Positions 40,250 to 50,848 are shown, numbered from the stretch's first letter. The stretch is DNA of 64,000 nt from Spirochaetia bacterium (GCA_965198005.1 CBDAOI010000003.1:576001-640000); one strand, 5' to 3'. Program-made: numbers and translations. Notes: a model not told the origin generated them from the letters alone.

Positions 40250-40462
40250 GCATATATCATTGCATATGCAAGCATGCGCAGTCAACGCGTCGTGGAGCCA
40301 ACGGGGCTAAGGAGGCCGCGGATCAGCCGGCCGACAGCGTGGCGAGGCCCCCTCGGGCCACGCGGTCCCTGGACACGACCACCACTGCCGCTCCGGCCGC
40401 CCCGCGTGATAGGATGACCATACGAGTCATCGACCGGATTTGCGCCAACCGCGGAGGGAAGG

Positions 40463-40666
40463 GTGGAGATAGCGGCACGTTGCTTCGTAGTAGATGAGAA
40501 TGGGAAAACGACGGCTGTAATGCTACCGATCGAGGAATACGAGCGGCTATTGGCAGACTTGGAGGACTTGGCGGTTATCGCTCAGCGACGAAACGAACCA
40601 ACGGAGTCGCTCGCTACGGTGATGGAGCGACTGGAAAGGAAGTGGCAGGGAGAACAGTCGAGGTAA
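40463..40666 (+). CDS. Orphan antitoxin-like small protein
   Basis: FVVDENGKTTAVMLPIEEYERLLADLEDL. RBS GGAGGG. Confidence 0.6.
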   Translation: MEIAARCFVVDENGKTTAVMLPIEEYERLLADLEDLAVIAQRRNEPTESLATVMERLERKWQGEQSR

Positions 40667-40732
40667 CCCGATTCGGCCAACAAAGACCTCGAGTCGTACG
40701 CGCACTCGGAGCACTCGCATCCGATCCCAAAC

Positions 40733-40877
40733 GATGACTGACCACGACCGCACCCCCGAGCAGCAGGCGCGCGCCGCCATCGACACCAAGCTGGATCAGG
40801 CGGGATGGCGCGTGCAGTCGATGCGGCAGATCGACTTCGGCGCCGGCACGGGCGTCGCGGTCCGCGAGTATCCGACG
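40733..40877 (+). pseudogene. hsdR: Type I restriction HsdR 5' fragment
   Basis: MTDHDRTPEQQARAAIDTKLDQAGWRVQ...GVAVREYPT. Confidence 0.75.
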
Positions 40878-41293
40878 CTTGGCGTCGGCGTGCTTGAGGA
40901 GGCGTAGACCGCGGTGATGGCGGTGAAGGTCTTGCCGGAGCCGGTGGCCATCTGGATGAGGGCGCGCGGGCGGTCAGCCTTGAACGACGCCTCCAGATCT
41001 TCGATGGCCCCGATCTGGCATTGGCGCAGTCCCGTCGGGTCCGGAGGTGGAATCCGGTGCAGCCGTTTGCGGAGCGGATCGGGCTGGGCGCCCCACTCCT
41101 GCATGGTCTGCGGCCGCGGGAAGCTGAACACCTCCCGCGAGCGCGGCACCGGATCGTGGCGGTCCGTAAAGCGCGTCACCACGCCGGTGCTCTCGTATAC
41201 GAGGGGCAGCGGCTCGCGATTGTTCACCCACTTGAGTGTCGCCGTGGCGTAGGCAACTGATTGTTCCTCTACCGCCGTGATCTTGTGCCCCCA
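40875..41293 (-). pseudogene. hsdR: Type I restriction HsdR internal fragment (inverted)
   Basis: YESTG..TRFTD..DP.PRSREVFSF.RP, LRQCQ..AI..LE.S, RALIQMATGSGKTFTA. Confidence 0.8.
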
Positions 41294-41735
41294 GTTTCTT
41301 CGTGACGTGGGTAGCGACCTCGCGTTGGAAACAGGGCTTTCGACGGAGACCCTGGGCCGGCGCATGAATATCGTCGGTGGGCCGTCGGAGGCGTGCTTTC
41401 CGAAGAACGTCGGGTTGTTGTTCTTCAACGAAGCGCCGCACCGCTTCTTTCCTGCAACCCAGATCGATGTGGTGTGGTTCCCCCTCGCGGCTATCGAGGA
41501 AGCCTTGGTGAACGCGATCTACCACCGCTCATACGAGGAGCGGGAGCCGGTGGAGGTACGCATCACGCCGCAGGAACTGACGATCTTGAGCTTTCCCGGC
41601 GCCGACCGGTCTATCCGCATGGAAGATCTGCAAACCGGGCGGGCGATCAGCCGCCGTTACCGGAACCGTCGCGTCGGCGAGTTTCTGAAGGAGCTCGACT
41701 TGGCCGAGGGACGGTCTACGGGCATTCCGAAGATC
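41293..41735 (+). pseudogene. AlbA/Schlafen-HATPase_c_4 (RecG_C-type) regulator fragment with an internal deletion
   Basis: PKNVGLLFFN..P..FFP.TQIDVVWFP is joined directly to AIEEALVNAIYHRSY...YRNRRVGEFLKELDL.EGRSTG. Confidence 0.7.
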
Positions 41736-42021
41736 CGCCTCGACCGCCTGTACGGCATCAACATGGAGGCGGGAATGGGAGACTACGAGTTGCACGGCGG
41801 CAACGCGCCCTATTCTCCGGCCGAGTACTACCAAGTGCGCAACGGCAGGATTCACAACGCGTTCACCGTGGACTACGACTATCGCACCAACATCCACCAC
41901 ACGCTCAAGAAGAAGCCTTGGTCTCAGGTCCGATGATCCTCGTCACGACCGGCTTGAGCCAGTCTCACACGATCCCGGCCGGCTCGACGATGCGCCGGGC
42001 ACCCGCGGCTGGCCGACGAAG

Positions 42022-42268
42022 TCAGCAAGGCCGGTCGCCGGCCAGGGTGACGCGGTGCATCACCGGCCGGAAGCCATCGTAGTCGTTGATCGGCAGGTGC
42101 TGGGTGCAGCGGTTGTCCCAGACCGCGAGGGAGCCTGGCTGCCAGCGGTAGCGGCAGGTGAACTCCGCCCGCACCTGGTGCTGGAACAGGTAGTCCAGCA
42201 GCGGCTGGCTTTCCCCTTCGCTCCAGCCCTTGAAGTGCGAGGTGTGCCCGCAGTTGACGTACGGCGCC
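42022..42268 (-). pseudogene. TauD/TfdA dioxygenase C-terminal fragment, fused in frame to an antitoxin 5' end (42270-42378)
   Basis: ESQPLLDYLFQH...RYRWQPGSLAVWDNRCTQH...MHRVTL. The upstream MPDKNPHLGS resembles XRE/HigA N-termini. Confidence 0.75.
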
Positions 42269-42370
42269 TTGTAGGCCAGGACCGACTTGATCTCGTCGTT
42301 CTTGACCTCTTCATAGGTGCCGTCTTGTCGCAGCAAGCTTTCGTGTGTCGATCCCAGGTGCGGGTTCTTG

Positions 42371-42733
42371 TCAGGCATGTCGCTGGTACTCCTTCATCCG
42401 ACGCTCGCCGAGTTTCAATTCCTTCAGTGGTGTCGCCTGGCTCTTCTTTATGAAGCCGTGCAACAGTTCTGGTCCGAGACGATGAAGGACACTCGGGAGC
42501 TTCGCCGGCTCTCAAGACGGCTGCGCACTTCGTAGAGACCGGGATAAGCGGACAGCGAGCGGCACAACGGAGCACCGCACGGCCAACCGAACTCGACTTT
42601 CATCAGATCCCCGCCTATACGCCTTTTGTCCTTCAAGGACTGGTCCATGAGCCACTCGCGAACGGGCTCTCGACCACCGGGTGACCGATAGAACCGAGAA
42701 CCGAGCCACAATAGCCTTGCCGTGTGGCTTCAT
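42371..42733 (-). pseudogene. Gp49/RelE-like toxin, frameshifted
   Basis: FYRS.GGREPVREWL...IG.D...VEFGWP.G.PLCRSL..GLYEVRS.L, with LHGFIKKSQATP in a shifted frame. Confidence 0.75.
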
Positions 42734-43239
42734 TCCGGGAATGTACCATACTTGGTACTGCGCTTCCACTCCGCGAACCGTCACCGAGCGTCAGTGTCCG
42801 GCTGGGTTCCTACACCTGCCCCGGCGTCGCCATACGGTAGCCAAGGCGGCATCATCCAGACCAACGTGGGCCTGGACGGCACCCTGGGCGGCGCGGTGGG
42901 CCGCGACGCTCAACGCGCTGCTCGGCCGTGCGCCCGCCAACCTCCATGTCGGCATGGCGTTCCGGGAGCCGCCGCCCGGGCTGGAGATGGCGATGTTCGC
43001 GCTCGAAGGGCGCGGGGTGACGGTGTGGATGGCGCTGGGTATGCTGAGAGAGATCAGCGACGACGTGTGCTCAGTCCCGACACGCTGCACGAGTTTCGGC
43101 CGGACAACCAGAACCTGAGACGGGCCATCGACGTGTTGCCAAGGGCCGGATTCACCATCAGCGCTCGTGGGCGGCTGTCGATCTCAATACGCGGCAAGGA
43201 TTGTCCGGGCTTGCTTCCCCGCCCGCCGTCCACGCGTGT

Positions 43240-43258
43240 ATTATATACGGGTATAATG
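43240..43258 (+). promoter_or_regulatory. -10 box and palindromic operator of the pemIK-like module
   Basis: ATTATA-TACGGG-TATAAT inverted repeat containing TATAAT, directly upstream of a GGAGGAG RBS. Confidence 0.6.
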
Positions 43259-43270
43259 TTGGAGGAGCGA

Positions 43271-43528
43271 ATGCACACCACCAATCTTCGCAAGGTCGGC
43301 GGCTCCGTCATGCTCGCGGTACCCCCGGCGCTGCTTGATGTCCTGGAACTTCGGGCCGGCGCCAAGGTGGACATCGGGATCGAGAAGGGCCGCCTGATCA
43401 TCGCGCCGAGAACGCGGCCTAACTACACCCTCGACGAACTCCTCGCGCAGTGCGACGAGACCGCACCCGCCGACCACGGCGATCGGGCCTGGCTTGAGGC
43501 CAAGCCGGTCGGCAACGAGCTGCTGTAG
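43271..43528 (+). CDS. AbrB/MazE (PemI/ChpS-like) antitoxin
   Basis: LRKVGGSVMLAVPP...YTLDELLAQCD...W....PVGNELL. Confidence 0.9.
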   Translation: MHTTNLRKVGGSVMLAVPPALLDVLELRAGAKVDIGIEKGRLIIAPRTRPNYTLDELLAQCDETAPADHGDRAWLEAKPVGNELL

Positions 43529-43860
43529 TGCAGCGGGGCGAGATCTGGCTGGTCAGCCTCGACCCCACCGCCGGCCATGAGCAACAAGGGATCCGGCCGG
43601 TCGTGATCGTCTCCCCCGCTTCCTTCAATGAACTCACCGGGACCCCCGTCGTCCTGCCCATCACCACCGGCGGGCGCTTCGCGCACCGTCGCGGGTTCGC
43701 GGTATCGCTTGATGATGCAGGGACCCGAACCGTCGGCGTGATCCGCTGTGACCAGCCTCGCGCCCTCGATCTCGCTGCCCGGAACGGGCGGCGTCTCGAA
43801 ACGGTCCCGGAGGCGATCATGCACGAGGTGCACGCCCGCCTCGCTGCTATCCTGGCGTAA
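43528..43860 (+). CDS. PemK/MazF toxin
   Basis: RGEIWLVSLDPTAGHEQQG.RPV.IVS...FN...PIT...CDQPRALDL.AR. Confidence 0.9.
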   Translation: MQRGEIWLVSLDPTAGHEQQGIRPVVIVSPASFNELTGTPVVLPITTGGRFAHRRGFAVSLDDAGTRTVGVIRCDQPRALDLAARNGRRLETVPEAIMHEVHARLAAILA

Positions 43861-44389
43861 TCGAAGATACGCGCTTTGATCGTAGTATTGTGGACGTTCG
43901 GCTTCGGGAAGGCCATGTCAAGACCCGCCTACAGAGGCCAGCCTGATGCCGAATGGAAGTTGCTTTCAGGGGCTGTCAACCGCCTGCAGTGGGCATATGG
44001 CGATTCTGTCCTGCACGACGATAACCGTCTAAGGAAGTTGGTTTCGGAGTACCACAGTGACCTGATCAGTTCCATGGAAGTTCTCGACGGGGAGCGCAAC
44101 CTACGGCGAGATGATCTACGGCGCGGCCCAGCGAAAATCCACCACCCTTGCGGACCGTATTCGCGCCATGCTCCTCCATGCGGTCACGATCGTGCCGTTC
44201 GACGACGCTGCAGCCGAAGGGTGAGGAGCACGAACTGAGCATTGCGCACCGCGAAGTCGGTTATTGCCCGGAACGTCGACTGTTCGTAACTGGCCGTAGC
44301 GCCATGCACTGTTATTTCGAAGTCGCTGAACTCCAACGTGAACACCGCGTGCACGACCTTGCGAGCATCACTCATTTCGAACGAGTAGC

Positions 44390-44650
44390 TCACCCGGCAT
44401 CCCTCAGGTGATCACGCAGCGGTTGGAGTGCCTCGAAGCTCCGAAAGTCCCCTGCGTCGATGTCGGCGATGCCGGCGGCAGCGGCCTCGCGCAGCGCGCG
44501 AAGACGCGCCTCGTGCTCGGCTTCCTGCCACTCGACAAGCCGGATACCCTCACGCAAGACCTCGCTGGCGTTCTGGTACCGGCCGGACACAACCAGTCGC
44601 TCGACGAGCCGAGCTTGATGATCGGTCAGGACAACGTTGCGCGCAGGCAT
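44390..44650 (-). CDS. ParD-family (RHH) antitoxin; cognate ParE not intact
   Basis: RNVVLTDHQ...LV.SGRYQNASEVLREG.RL.E. Confidence 0.85.
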   Translation of the reverse strand: MPARNVVLTDHQARLVERLVVSGRYQNASEVLREGIRLVEWQEAEHEARLRALREAAAAGIADIDAGDFRSFEALQPLRDHLRDAG

Positions 44651-44668
44651 GATTTCCCGTGCTCCTTA

Positions 44669-44683
44669 TGGCATAGTATGCCA
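44669..44683. promoter_or_regulatory. Perfect palindrome upstream of parD (probable autoregulatory operator)
   Basis: TGGCATA-G-TATGCCA, 19 bp from the ATG. Confidence 0.6.
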
Positions 44684-45022
44684 AGGATACCCCGGTACGC
44701 AAGGACTGCCGGGAGCAGCGGCGATCAGTAGTTGGCGGTCTCGGGCGGGCCGAGGTCGGTTGCAACGCCGACCAGCTCCACCAGGGCGTCGCACGCCAGC
44801 CCGCGGGCCGTTGCTGCTGAAGGCGCTGCGTCGTTGATGGCCACCGTTACCGCCGGGGCGATCGCGAAGATGGGCAGCGCCACCGCCTCCGCCGTCCAGC
44901 TCGCCTCCCTGCTCGCCTGACGTGGGGATCAGCCGTCCCCATCTGCGGGACTGCGGGAGGGGCCGCAGGTGTACGGCGGCGGGCGGCGATGCTATCCTCC
45001 AGGCGACGGGTGTATGCACGGT

Positions 45023-45640
45023 ATGAAGGACAACGACGGACCTGACACGCTTCGCCGCATAGTCATTTTCCTGGACATCGATGGCGTTCTGCAGCGCCCT
45101 TCGAAACAAACGCGGTTCAAGCATGATCTGGAGGAGCTGCGCCGCTCTCTGGCTGACAGGTTTGACGATGCGACCTATCTGAGCATGGACAAGTACGATC
45201 TTGGGGCGGTCTACTACGACTGGGACAGCGAAGCGGTCGAACGGCTGCGCGGGCTGTGCGCAGACTTCGGCGCCGGTATCGTGATCAGCTCGGATTGGCG
45301 CAGAAGCAACTCCACGCGTTGGCTCCGGGCGTTGTTTCGCCTACACGATCTGCATCACTACGTGACCGATGCGACGCACGAGACCGGCGGGCCGCCGCAC
45401 TACCGGGCGGGAGAGGTGAAGGAGTACGTGCAGTCGCATCCGGAGATCGAGCGGTTCGTGATCATCGACGATGGCTTCAGGGAAGAGTTCGATGAGCTGT
45501 TTCCCGAGCAATTCGTGCACACCGACTACCGCCTGGAGGCCGACCACGAGCAGCGCGCGCGGCAGATTCTGTCGGGTCTGCCGGCGCAGCCGAACCGGGC
45601 GTTGCCGAAGTATGGGCCTGTGCCGTCAGGGTTGTTCTGA
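45023..45640 (+). CDS. HAD-superfamily protein (HAD_SAK_2-like)
   Basis: IFLDIDGVL, IVISSDWR, R..EV..Y, FVIIDD. Confidence 0.8.
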   Translation: MKDNDGPDTLRRIVIFLDIDGVLQRPSKQTRFKHDLEELRRSLADRFDDATYLSMDKYDLGAVYYDWDSEAVERLRGLCADFGAGIVISSDWRRSNSTRWLRALFRLHDLHHYVTDATHETGGPPHYRAGEVKEYVQSHPEIERFVIIDDGFREEFDELFPEQFVHTDYRLEADHEQRARQILSGLPAQPNRALPKYGPVPSGLF

Positions 45641-45670
45641 GGGCGAGGACGTGGCACGTCCGGTGGTCGC

Positions 45671-46705
45671 TCACGGCGCCAAGGCGGCCAGGATCAGGGC
45701 CAGCTCGGCCATGCGGTGGCTGAAGCCCATCTCGTTGTCGTAGAAGCTGGTGAGCTTGACCAGGGAGCTGGAGTCATCCACCGGCACCACCAGCGGACTG
45801 TCCGACACCATCGACGAGAACGGCTCGCCGACGCAGTCGCGGGAGCATTCGTAGTAGTCGTTGACCGTGATCACCTGGCCGAGCGGGGTGGAGGCGTTGA
45901 TCCGCTCGGCGTTGGCGACCAGGGCGGCCACCAGTTGCTCGCGCGAGGGGGTGCCCTCGATCTGGTAGACCGCTTCCACCACGCTGCCGGTGTCGGTGGG
46001 GACGCGCAACGCGGTGCCGTTGAGCTTGCCGTTGAGGTGGGGCAGCACCTTGCCCACCGCGACCGCGGCGCCGGTGCTGGCCGGGATCACGTTGTTGAGG
46101 GTGGCGCGGTTCTTGCCGCCGCCGAAGGTGTCGGCCACCTTCTGGGTAGCGGTGGCGGCGTGGGTGGTGCTCATCAGCCCGGCCTTGACCGGGAAGCTCA
46201 GGTCCACCGCCCTGGTCATCGGCGCCAGGCAGTTGGTGGTGCAGCTCGCGTTGGACACGATCCGGGTGTCGGGGTGGATGGTGTCGTGGTTCACCCCCAC
46301 CACCACCGTGGCGGTGGCGTCCGTGCACGGCGCCGAGACGATCACCCGACCGGCGCCGCCCGCGAGGTGGGCGCCGGCCCGCTCGGTGCTCAGGTAGAAG
46401 CCGGTGCACTCGAACACCACGTCCACGTCGTGGTCGCCCCAGGGGACGTTGGCGGCGTCCTGCTCGGCGTAGATCGTCAGCTCGTGGTCGCCGACGCGGA
46501 GCCGGTCGCCGGCGGTCTGCGCCACGGGCGCGGGAAAACGGCCGTAGACCGAGTCCTTGGGCAGGCTGGCGGCGATGTCGGCGGCGGGGACCAGATCGTT
46601 GCCGGCGACGATCGCGAAGCGGTCGTTCAGTTTCTCGACGATGACCCGCATCACGTTCTTGCCGATGCGGCCCATGCCGTTGAACCCAACGCGGACAGTA
46701 CTCAT
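45671..46705 (-). CDS. gap: Glyceraldehyde-3-phosphate dehydrogenase, type I
   Basis: GFNGMGRIG, SNASCTTNCLAP, IPASTGAA, RVPT..GS, YDNE. Confidence 0.92.
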   Translation of the reverse strand: MSTVRVGFNGMGRIGKNVMRVIVEKLNDRFAIVAGNDLVPAADIAASLPKDSVYGRFPAPVAQTAGDRLRVGDHELTIYAEQDAANVPWGDHDVDVVFECTGFYLSTERAGAHLAGGAGRVIVSAPCTDATATVVVGVNHDTIHPDTRIVSNASCTTNCLAPMTRAVDLSFPVKAGLMSTTHAATATQKVADTFGGGKNRATLNNVIPASTGAAVAVGKVLPHLNGKLNGTALRVPTDTGSVVEAVYQIEGTPSREQLVAALVANAERINASTPLGQVITVNDYYECSRDCVGEPFSSMVSDSPLVVPVDDSSSLVKLTSFYDNEMGFSHRMAELALILAALAP

Positions 46706-46785
46706 GACCTGCAATATAATCTGGCACGGTTGGCGCTGTCAGGCGGTGAGAACGACACTATGCTGACGGTCAGGTCGGGCATACT

Positions 46786-48303
46786 GTGAGCGCGTTCGTG
46801 TTGGCCCTCGATCAGGGCACCACCAGCTCCCGGGCGCTGCTGTTCGATGCGGACGGCGGCGTCGTGTCCCAGGCGCAACGGGAGTTCACCCAGCATTTCC
46901 CGCGGCCCGGATGGGTCGAGCACGACCCCGCCGAGATTCTGAGCAGCCAGGTCGCCGTGGCCCGCGAGGCGGTGGCGGCCGCCGGTGTGGCCGCCGCCGA
47001 CGTGGCCGCGGTCGGGATCGCCAACCAGCGCGAAACCACCATCGTCTGGGACCGCGGCCGCGGCGAGCCGGTGTACAACGCCATCGTCTGGCAGGATCGC
47101 CGGACCAGTCCGCTGGTGGACCGGCTGGTGGCGGCCGGCTACGCCGACCTGTTCCGCAGCCGCGCCGGACTGGAGCTGGACGCCTACTTTTCCGGCACCA
47201 AGCTGGCGTGGATTCTGGACCGCGTCCCCGACGGCCGGGCGCGCGCGGCGGCCGGCGAGCTGGCGTTCGGGACGGTGGATAGCTGGCTGGTCTACCGGCT
47301 CAGCGGCGGCGCGCTGCACGTTACCGACGCCACCAACGCCAGCCGCACCCTGCTGTACGACATCCATCGCGGCGTGTGGGACGAGGAGCTGCTGGCCGCC
47401 CTGGAGGTGCCGGCGGCGGTGCTGCCCGAGGTGCGCGACTCGGCCGCGGTCTACGGCGAGGCGGTCGGCCTGCTGGACCGGCCGGTGCCGCTGGCCGGCA
47501 TCGCGGGCGACCAGCAGGCCGCCGCGGTGGGGCAGGCGCTGTTCGCGCCCGGATTGGCCAAGAACACGTACGGCACCGGCTGCTTCCTGCTGGTCCACAC
47601 CGGCGAGGCGGCGCCCCGCTCGCGCCACCGGCTGCTGACCACGGTCGCGTCGCAGCTCGCCGGCCGGCGGGAATACGCGCTCGAAGGCAGCGTGTTCATC
47701 GGCGGCGCCGTGGTGCAGTGGCTGCGGGACGGGCTCGGCCTGATCGCGGGCGCCGGCGAGGTGGAAGCGCTGGCCGCCTCGGTGCCGGATACCGGCGGCG
47801 TGTACCTGGTGCCGGCGTTTGCCGGCCTGGGGGCGCCCTACTGGGACCAGAACGCGCGCGGCACGATCAGCGGCCTGACGCGCGGCACCACCGGCGCACA
47901 TCTGGCGCGGGCGGCGCTGGAGGCGATCGCGCTGCAGGTGGCGGACGTGACGCGCGCCATGGAGCAGGACCTGGGCGCCCCGCTGCGCGAGCTGCGGGTC
48001 GACGGCGGAGCGGCGGGCAACGACCTGCTGCTGCAGCTCCAGGCCGACCTGCTGGACCTCCCGGTGGTGCGGCCGCGCAACCTGGAGACCACCGCCTGGG
48101 GTGCGGCGCTGCTGGCCGGACTGGCGGTCGGAGTGTGGCCGGACCGCTCCGCCGCGGCCCAGCTCTGGCAGGCTGAGCGCCGCTTCGAACCGCGCATGGG
48201 CGCGCGCGAGCGCGAGCGCACGTTGTCCGGCTGGGCGGAGGCGGTGGCCCGCAGTCGCAGCCGTACCGAAGCCCCGGCCCCGCCCCCGGCCCCGGCCCCG
48301 TGA
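46786..48303 (+). CDS. glpK: Glycerol kinase
   Basis: [45 protein letters not shown]. Confidence 0.95.
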   Translation: MSAFVLALDQGTTSSRALLFDADGGVVSQAQREFTQHFPRPGWVEHDPAEILSSQVAVAREAVAAAGVAAADVAAVGIANQRETTIVWDRGRGEPVYNAIVWQDRRTSPLVDRLVAAGYADLFRSRAGLELDAYFSGTKLAWILDRVPDGRARAAAGELAFGTVDSWLVYRLSGGALHVTDATNASRTLLYDIHRGVWDEELLAALEVPAAVLPEVRDSAAVYGEAVGLLDRPVPLAGIAGDQQAAAVGQALFAPGLAKNTYGTGCFLLVHTGEAAPRSRHRLLTTVASQLAGRREYALEGSVFIGGAVVQWLRDGLGLIAGAGEVEALAASVPDTGGVYLVPAFAGLGAPYWDQNARGTISGLTRGTTGAHLARAALEAIALQVADVTRAMEQDLGAPLRELRVDGGAAGNDLLLQLQADLLDLPVVRPRNLETTAWGAALLAGLAVGVWPDRSAAAQLWQAERRFEPRMGARERERTLSGWAEAVARSRSRTEAPAPPPAPAP

Positions 48304-50003
48304 ACCGTTCCGAACAGCTCCGACGGCTGGCTGAAGAATACTTCGATCTGCTGGTGATCGGCGGCGGGGCCACCGGTTGCGGCTGTGCCCTGGACGCCGC
48401 CACGCGCGGCCTGCGGGTGGCGCTGGTCGAGCGCGGCGACTTTGCCGGCGGCACCAGCAGCCGCAGCACCAAGCTGGTGCACGGCGGCGTGCGCTACCTG
48501 GAGCAGGCGATCAAGCGCGTCGATCGCACCCAGTTTCGGCTGGTGCGCGAGGCGCTGCGCGAGCGGGCGGCGTTGCTGGAGCTGGCTCCCCACTTGGTGC
48601 GCCAGCTCGCCATCTTCGTCCCGCTGTATCAGCTCAGTGAACTGCCCTATTACCGGATCGGCCTGAACATCTACGACCGGCTGGCGGGCAAGTACGCGAT
48701 GCGCCGCTCCGAGTTCGTCCCGCGGGCGGAGGCGGCTACCCGGTTTCCGCACCTGCGCGAACGGATTGTCGGTGAGGAATCGGCGCGCCAGTTGCACGGC
48801 GGCGTGATCTATTACGACGGCCAGTTCGATGACGCGCGCATGAATCTGGCGCTGGCGCTGACCGCGGTCGAACAGGGGGCGGCGGCGGCCAACTACGTCG
48901 AGGTGGTGCGGTTGCGCAAGAGTCGCGCCGGCAGCATAACCGGCGCCGACGTCCGCGACTGTCTGTCGGGTGCCGCCTGGGGCATCCGGGCGCGCATGGT
49001 GATCAACGCGGCCGGCCCGTTCGTCGACGCCGTGCGCCGGCTGGACGAGGCGGGCGGGGAGCCGCTGCTGCAGGTGAGCGCCGGCAGTCACGTGGTGCTG
49101 GGGCCGCGCTTCCCCGCCCCCGAGACCGGGTTTCTCATTCCCCGTACCGAGGACGGCCGGGTGATCTTCGTGCTGCCGTGGCACCGCCACCTCCTGGCCG
49201 GCACCACGGAGGTTGCCGCGAGCGTGAGCGCGGACCCCCTCCCGGCGCCGCAGGAGGTCGCGTATCTGGTGAACCACCTGCGCAGCTACCTCAACATGCA
49301 GGTCGAGCCGGCGGACGTGGCCGCAGCCTGGTCGGGGCTGCGCCCGCTGATCGCCCGGCCGCCGCAGCGGGTGGCCGGCGGCCGGCGGCGCACGCGGGGA
49401 ACCGCCTCGCTGACGCGCGACCATCTGCTGACGATCAGCGACTCCGGGTTGCTGACCGTGGCCGGCGGCAAGTGGACGACCTACCGGGTGATGGCCGTGC
49501 ACGCCATAAACCGGGCAGTGGAGGCGGCCGGGCTCACTCCGCGCAGCGCGTCCCGGACGCGCCAGACGCCGCTGGTGGGAGGCGCCGGGTTCCGGCCCGA
49601 CGGCGCGCTGCTGCAGGGCACCTACGGGTTGGCCGCTGACGTAGCCGCGCACCTGGAGCGGGCGTACGGGGACCGTGCGGCCGAGGTCGCGACGCTGGCC
49701 GGCGCCGGCTACGGCGCCCGCTTGGCCGCGCGCCATCCCTACGTGGAGGCGGAGGTGGTGTTCGGCGCCCGCCGGGAGGCGGCGTGCACGGTCGAGGACG
49801 TGGTTGCGCGGCGGACGCGCCTGGCGTTCGTGGATACGCGGGCGGCGCTGGCCAGCGTGCCGCGCGTAGCCGCGCTGCTGGCGCAGCAACTCGGTTGGAG
49901 TGAAGCGCGCCGGCAGGAGCAGGAACGCACGGCGGCTGCCAAGTTGAAGATTGCGGTCGCGGTCGCGGCCGGTCAGACCGCGAAAGGCAACGGCGAACCG
50001 TAA
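48300..50003 (+). CDS. glpD: FAD-dependent glycerol-3-phosphate dehydrogenase
   Basis: [36 protein letters not shown] overlap with glpK. Confidence 0.93.
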   Translation: MNRSEQLRRLAEEYFDLLVIGGGATGCGCALDAATRGLRVALVERGDFAGGTSSRSTKLVHGGVRYLEQAIKRVDRTQFRLVREALRERAALLELAPHLVRQLAIFVPLYQLSELPYYRIGLNIYDRLAGKYAMRRSEFVPRAEAATRFPHLRERIVGEESARQLHGGVIYYDGQFDDARMNLALALTAVEQGAAAANYVEVVRLRKSRAGSITGADVRDCLSGAAWGIRARMVINAAGPFVDAVRRLDEAGGEPLLQVSAGSHVVLGPRFPAPETGFLIPRTEDGRVIFVLPWHRHLLAGTTEVAASVSADPLPAPQEVAYLVNHLRSYLNMQVEPADVAAAWSGLRPLIARPPQRVAGGRRRTRGTASLTRDHLLTISDSGLLTVAGGKWTTYRVMAVHAINRAVEAAGLTPRSASRTRQTPLVGGAGFRPDGALLQGTYGLAADVAAHLERAYGDRAAEVATLAGAGYGARLAARHPYVEAEVVFGARREAACTVEDVVARRTRLAFVDTRAALASVPRVAALLAQQLGWSEARRQEQERTAAAKLKIAVAVAAGQTAKGNGEP

Positions 50004-50051
50004 CCGCTGACGTTTGACGAGAAAGCAACAGGAGAAACAAGAAAGGCCCAC

Positions 50052-50092
50052 AAAAAAGGCCCCTGGGTAAAGGAGGTGAAACCCCAGGGGCC
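50052..50092 (-). terminator. Rho-independent terminator
   Basis: 10-bp perfect stem GGCCCCTGGG/CCCAGGGGCC followed by T6 on the minus strand. Confidence 0.75.
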
Positions 50093-50160
50093 GGTGGATG
50101 GCACTTATATACACCTGGGGCAGGTCGACACCAGCGTGTCGAATATTCCCCCCCAGCCTG
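50052..50160 (-). ncRNA. Candidate small RNA (~110 nt) with an anti-SD loop
   Basis: Extended -10 TGTTATACT at 50166-50174 (minus strand), 5' stem-loops, terminator loop UUUCACCUCCUUUA. No credible ORF. Confidence 0.55.
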
Positions 50161-50305
50161 TATTAAGTATAACAACTCTTTCGTGTCCCTGGTTACATTC
50201 CCGCGGATGATTGAACATGAGGTCCTGTTTTGAACGGCGTAGCGGCCACCGCGTGCAGGGCCACCCCGTTGAGCGGGAGTCGCGCGCCCGATAGGGTGGG
50301 CACGT

Positions 50306-50767
50306 ATGCAGCGTAAGCGAGTGTATCTGGCCAGTCCGTACGGCTTCTCGGCGCAACAGCGGGCACTGCTGCTGCCGCAGTTCGTGGCCACCCTCGAGCA
50401 GTTGGGGGCGGAGGTGTGGGAGCCGTTCGCACGCAACAATCAGACCGACCGCGCCACGCCGGGGTGGGCGTACGAAATCGCCCAGCGCGATCTGGCGGAC
50501 GTACGCGCCTGCGACGGCATGTTCGCCATTGTCAACGGCACGCCTCCGGACGAGGGGGTGATGGTGGAACTGGGAGTCGCGATCGAGCGGCGCATCCCGA
50601 CGTTTCTGTTTCGCGACGACTTCCGGCGCTGCACCGACAGTGAGCGCTACCCGCTCAACCTGATGCTGTTTGCCGGGCTGCCGGAGGACGGGTGGGAAGC
50701 GTACTACTACGAGTCGCTGGAAGATCTGCCCCGCCGGGACAAGGCGCTGGCCCGCTGGCTGCGGTGA
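50306..50767 (+). CDS. Nucleoside 2-deoxyribosyltransferase family protein
   Basis: VYLASPYGFS, D...V..CD, PDEG.MVELG.A, NLML. Confidence 0.85.
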   Translation: MQRKRVYLASPYGFSAQQRALLLPQFVATLEQLGAEVWEPFARNNQTDRATPGWAYEIAQRDLADVRACDGMFAIVNGTPPDEGVMVELGVAIERRIPTFLFRDDFRRCTDSERYPLNLMLFAGLPEDGWEAYYYESLEDLPRRDKALARWLR

Positions 50768-50848
50768 TCTGCAGCCGGGCCGCACGACCGGCAACGGGGC
50801 GCGCGGCCGTACGCGCGTGCGCGCGCGCCTGCCCGGGCGGGTAAGCGC

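Noticed and set aside
42790-43200. ORF 42722-43528 as a long antitoxin fusion
   Set aside because: The antitoxin has its own promoter, RBS and ATG at 43271. The upstream part appears to be unassignable fragments.
48271-48300. Pro-Ala repeat at the glpK C-terminus
   Set aside because: Low-complexity tail typical of high-GC genomes, with no evidence of function.
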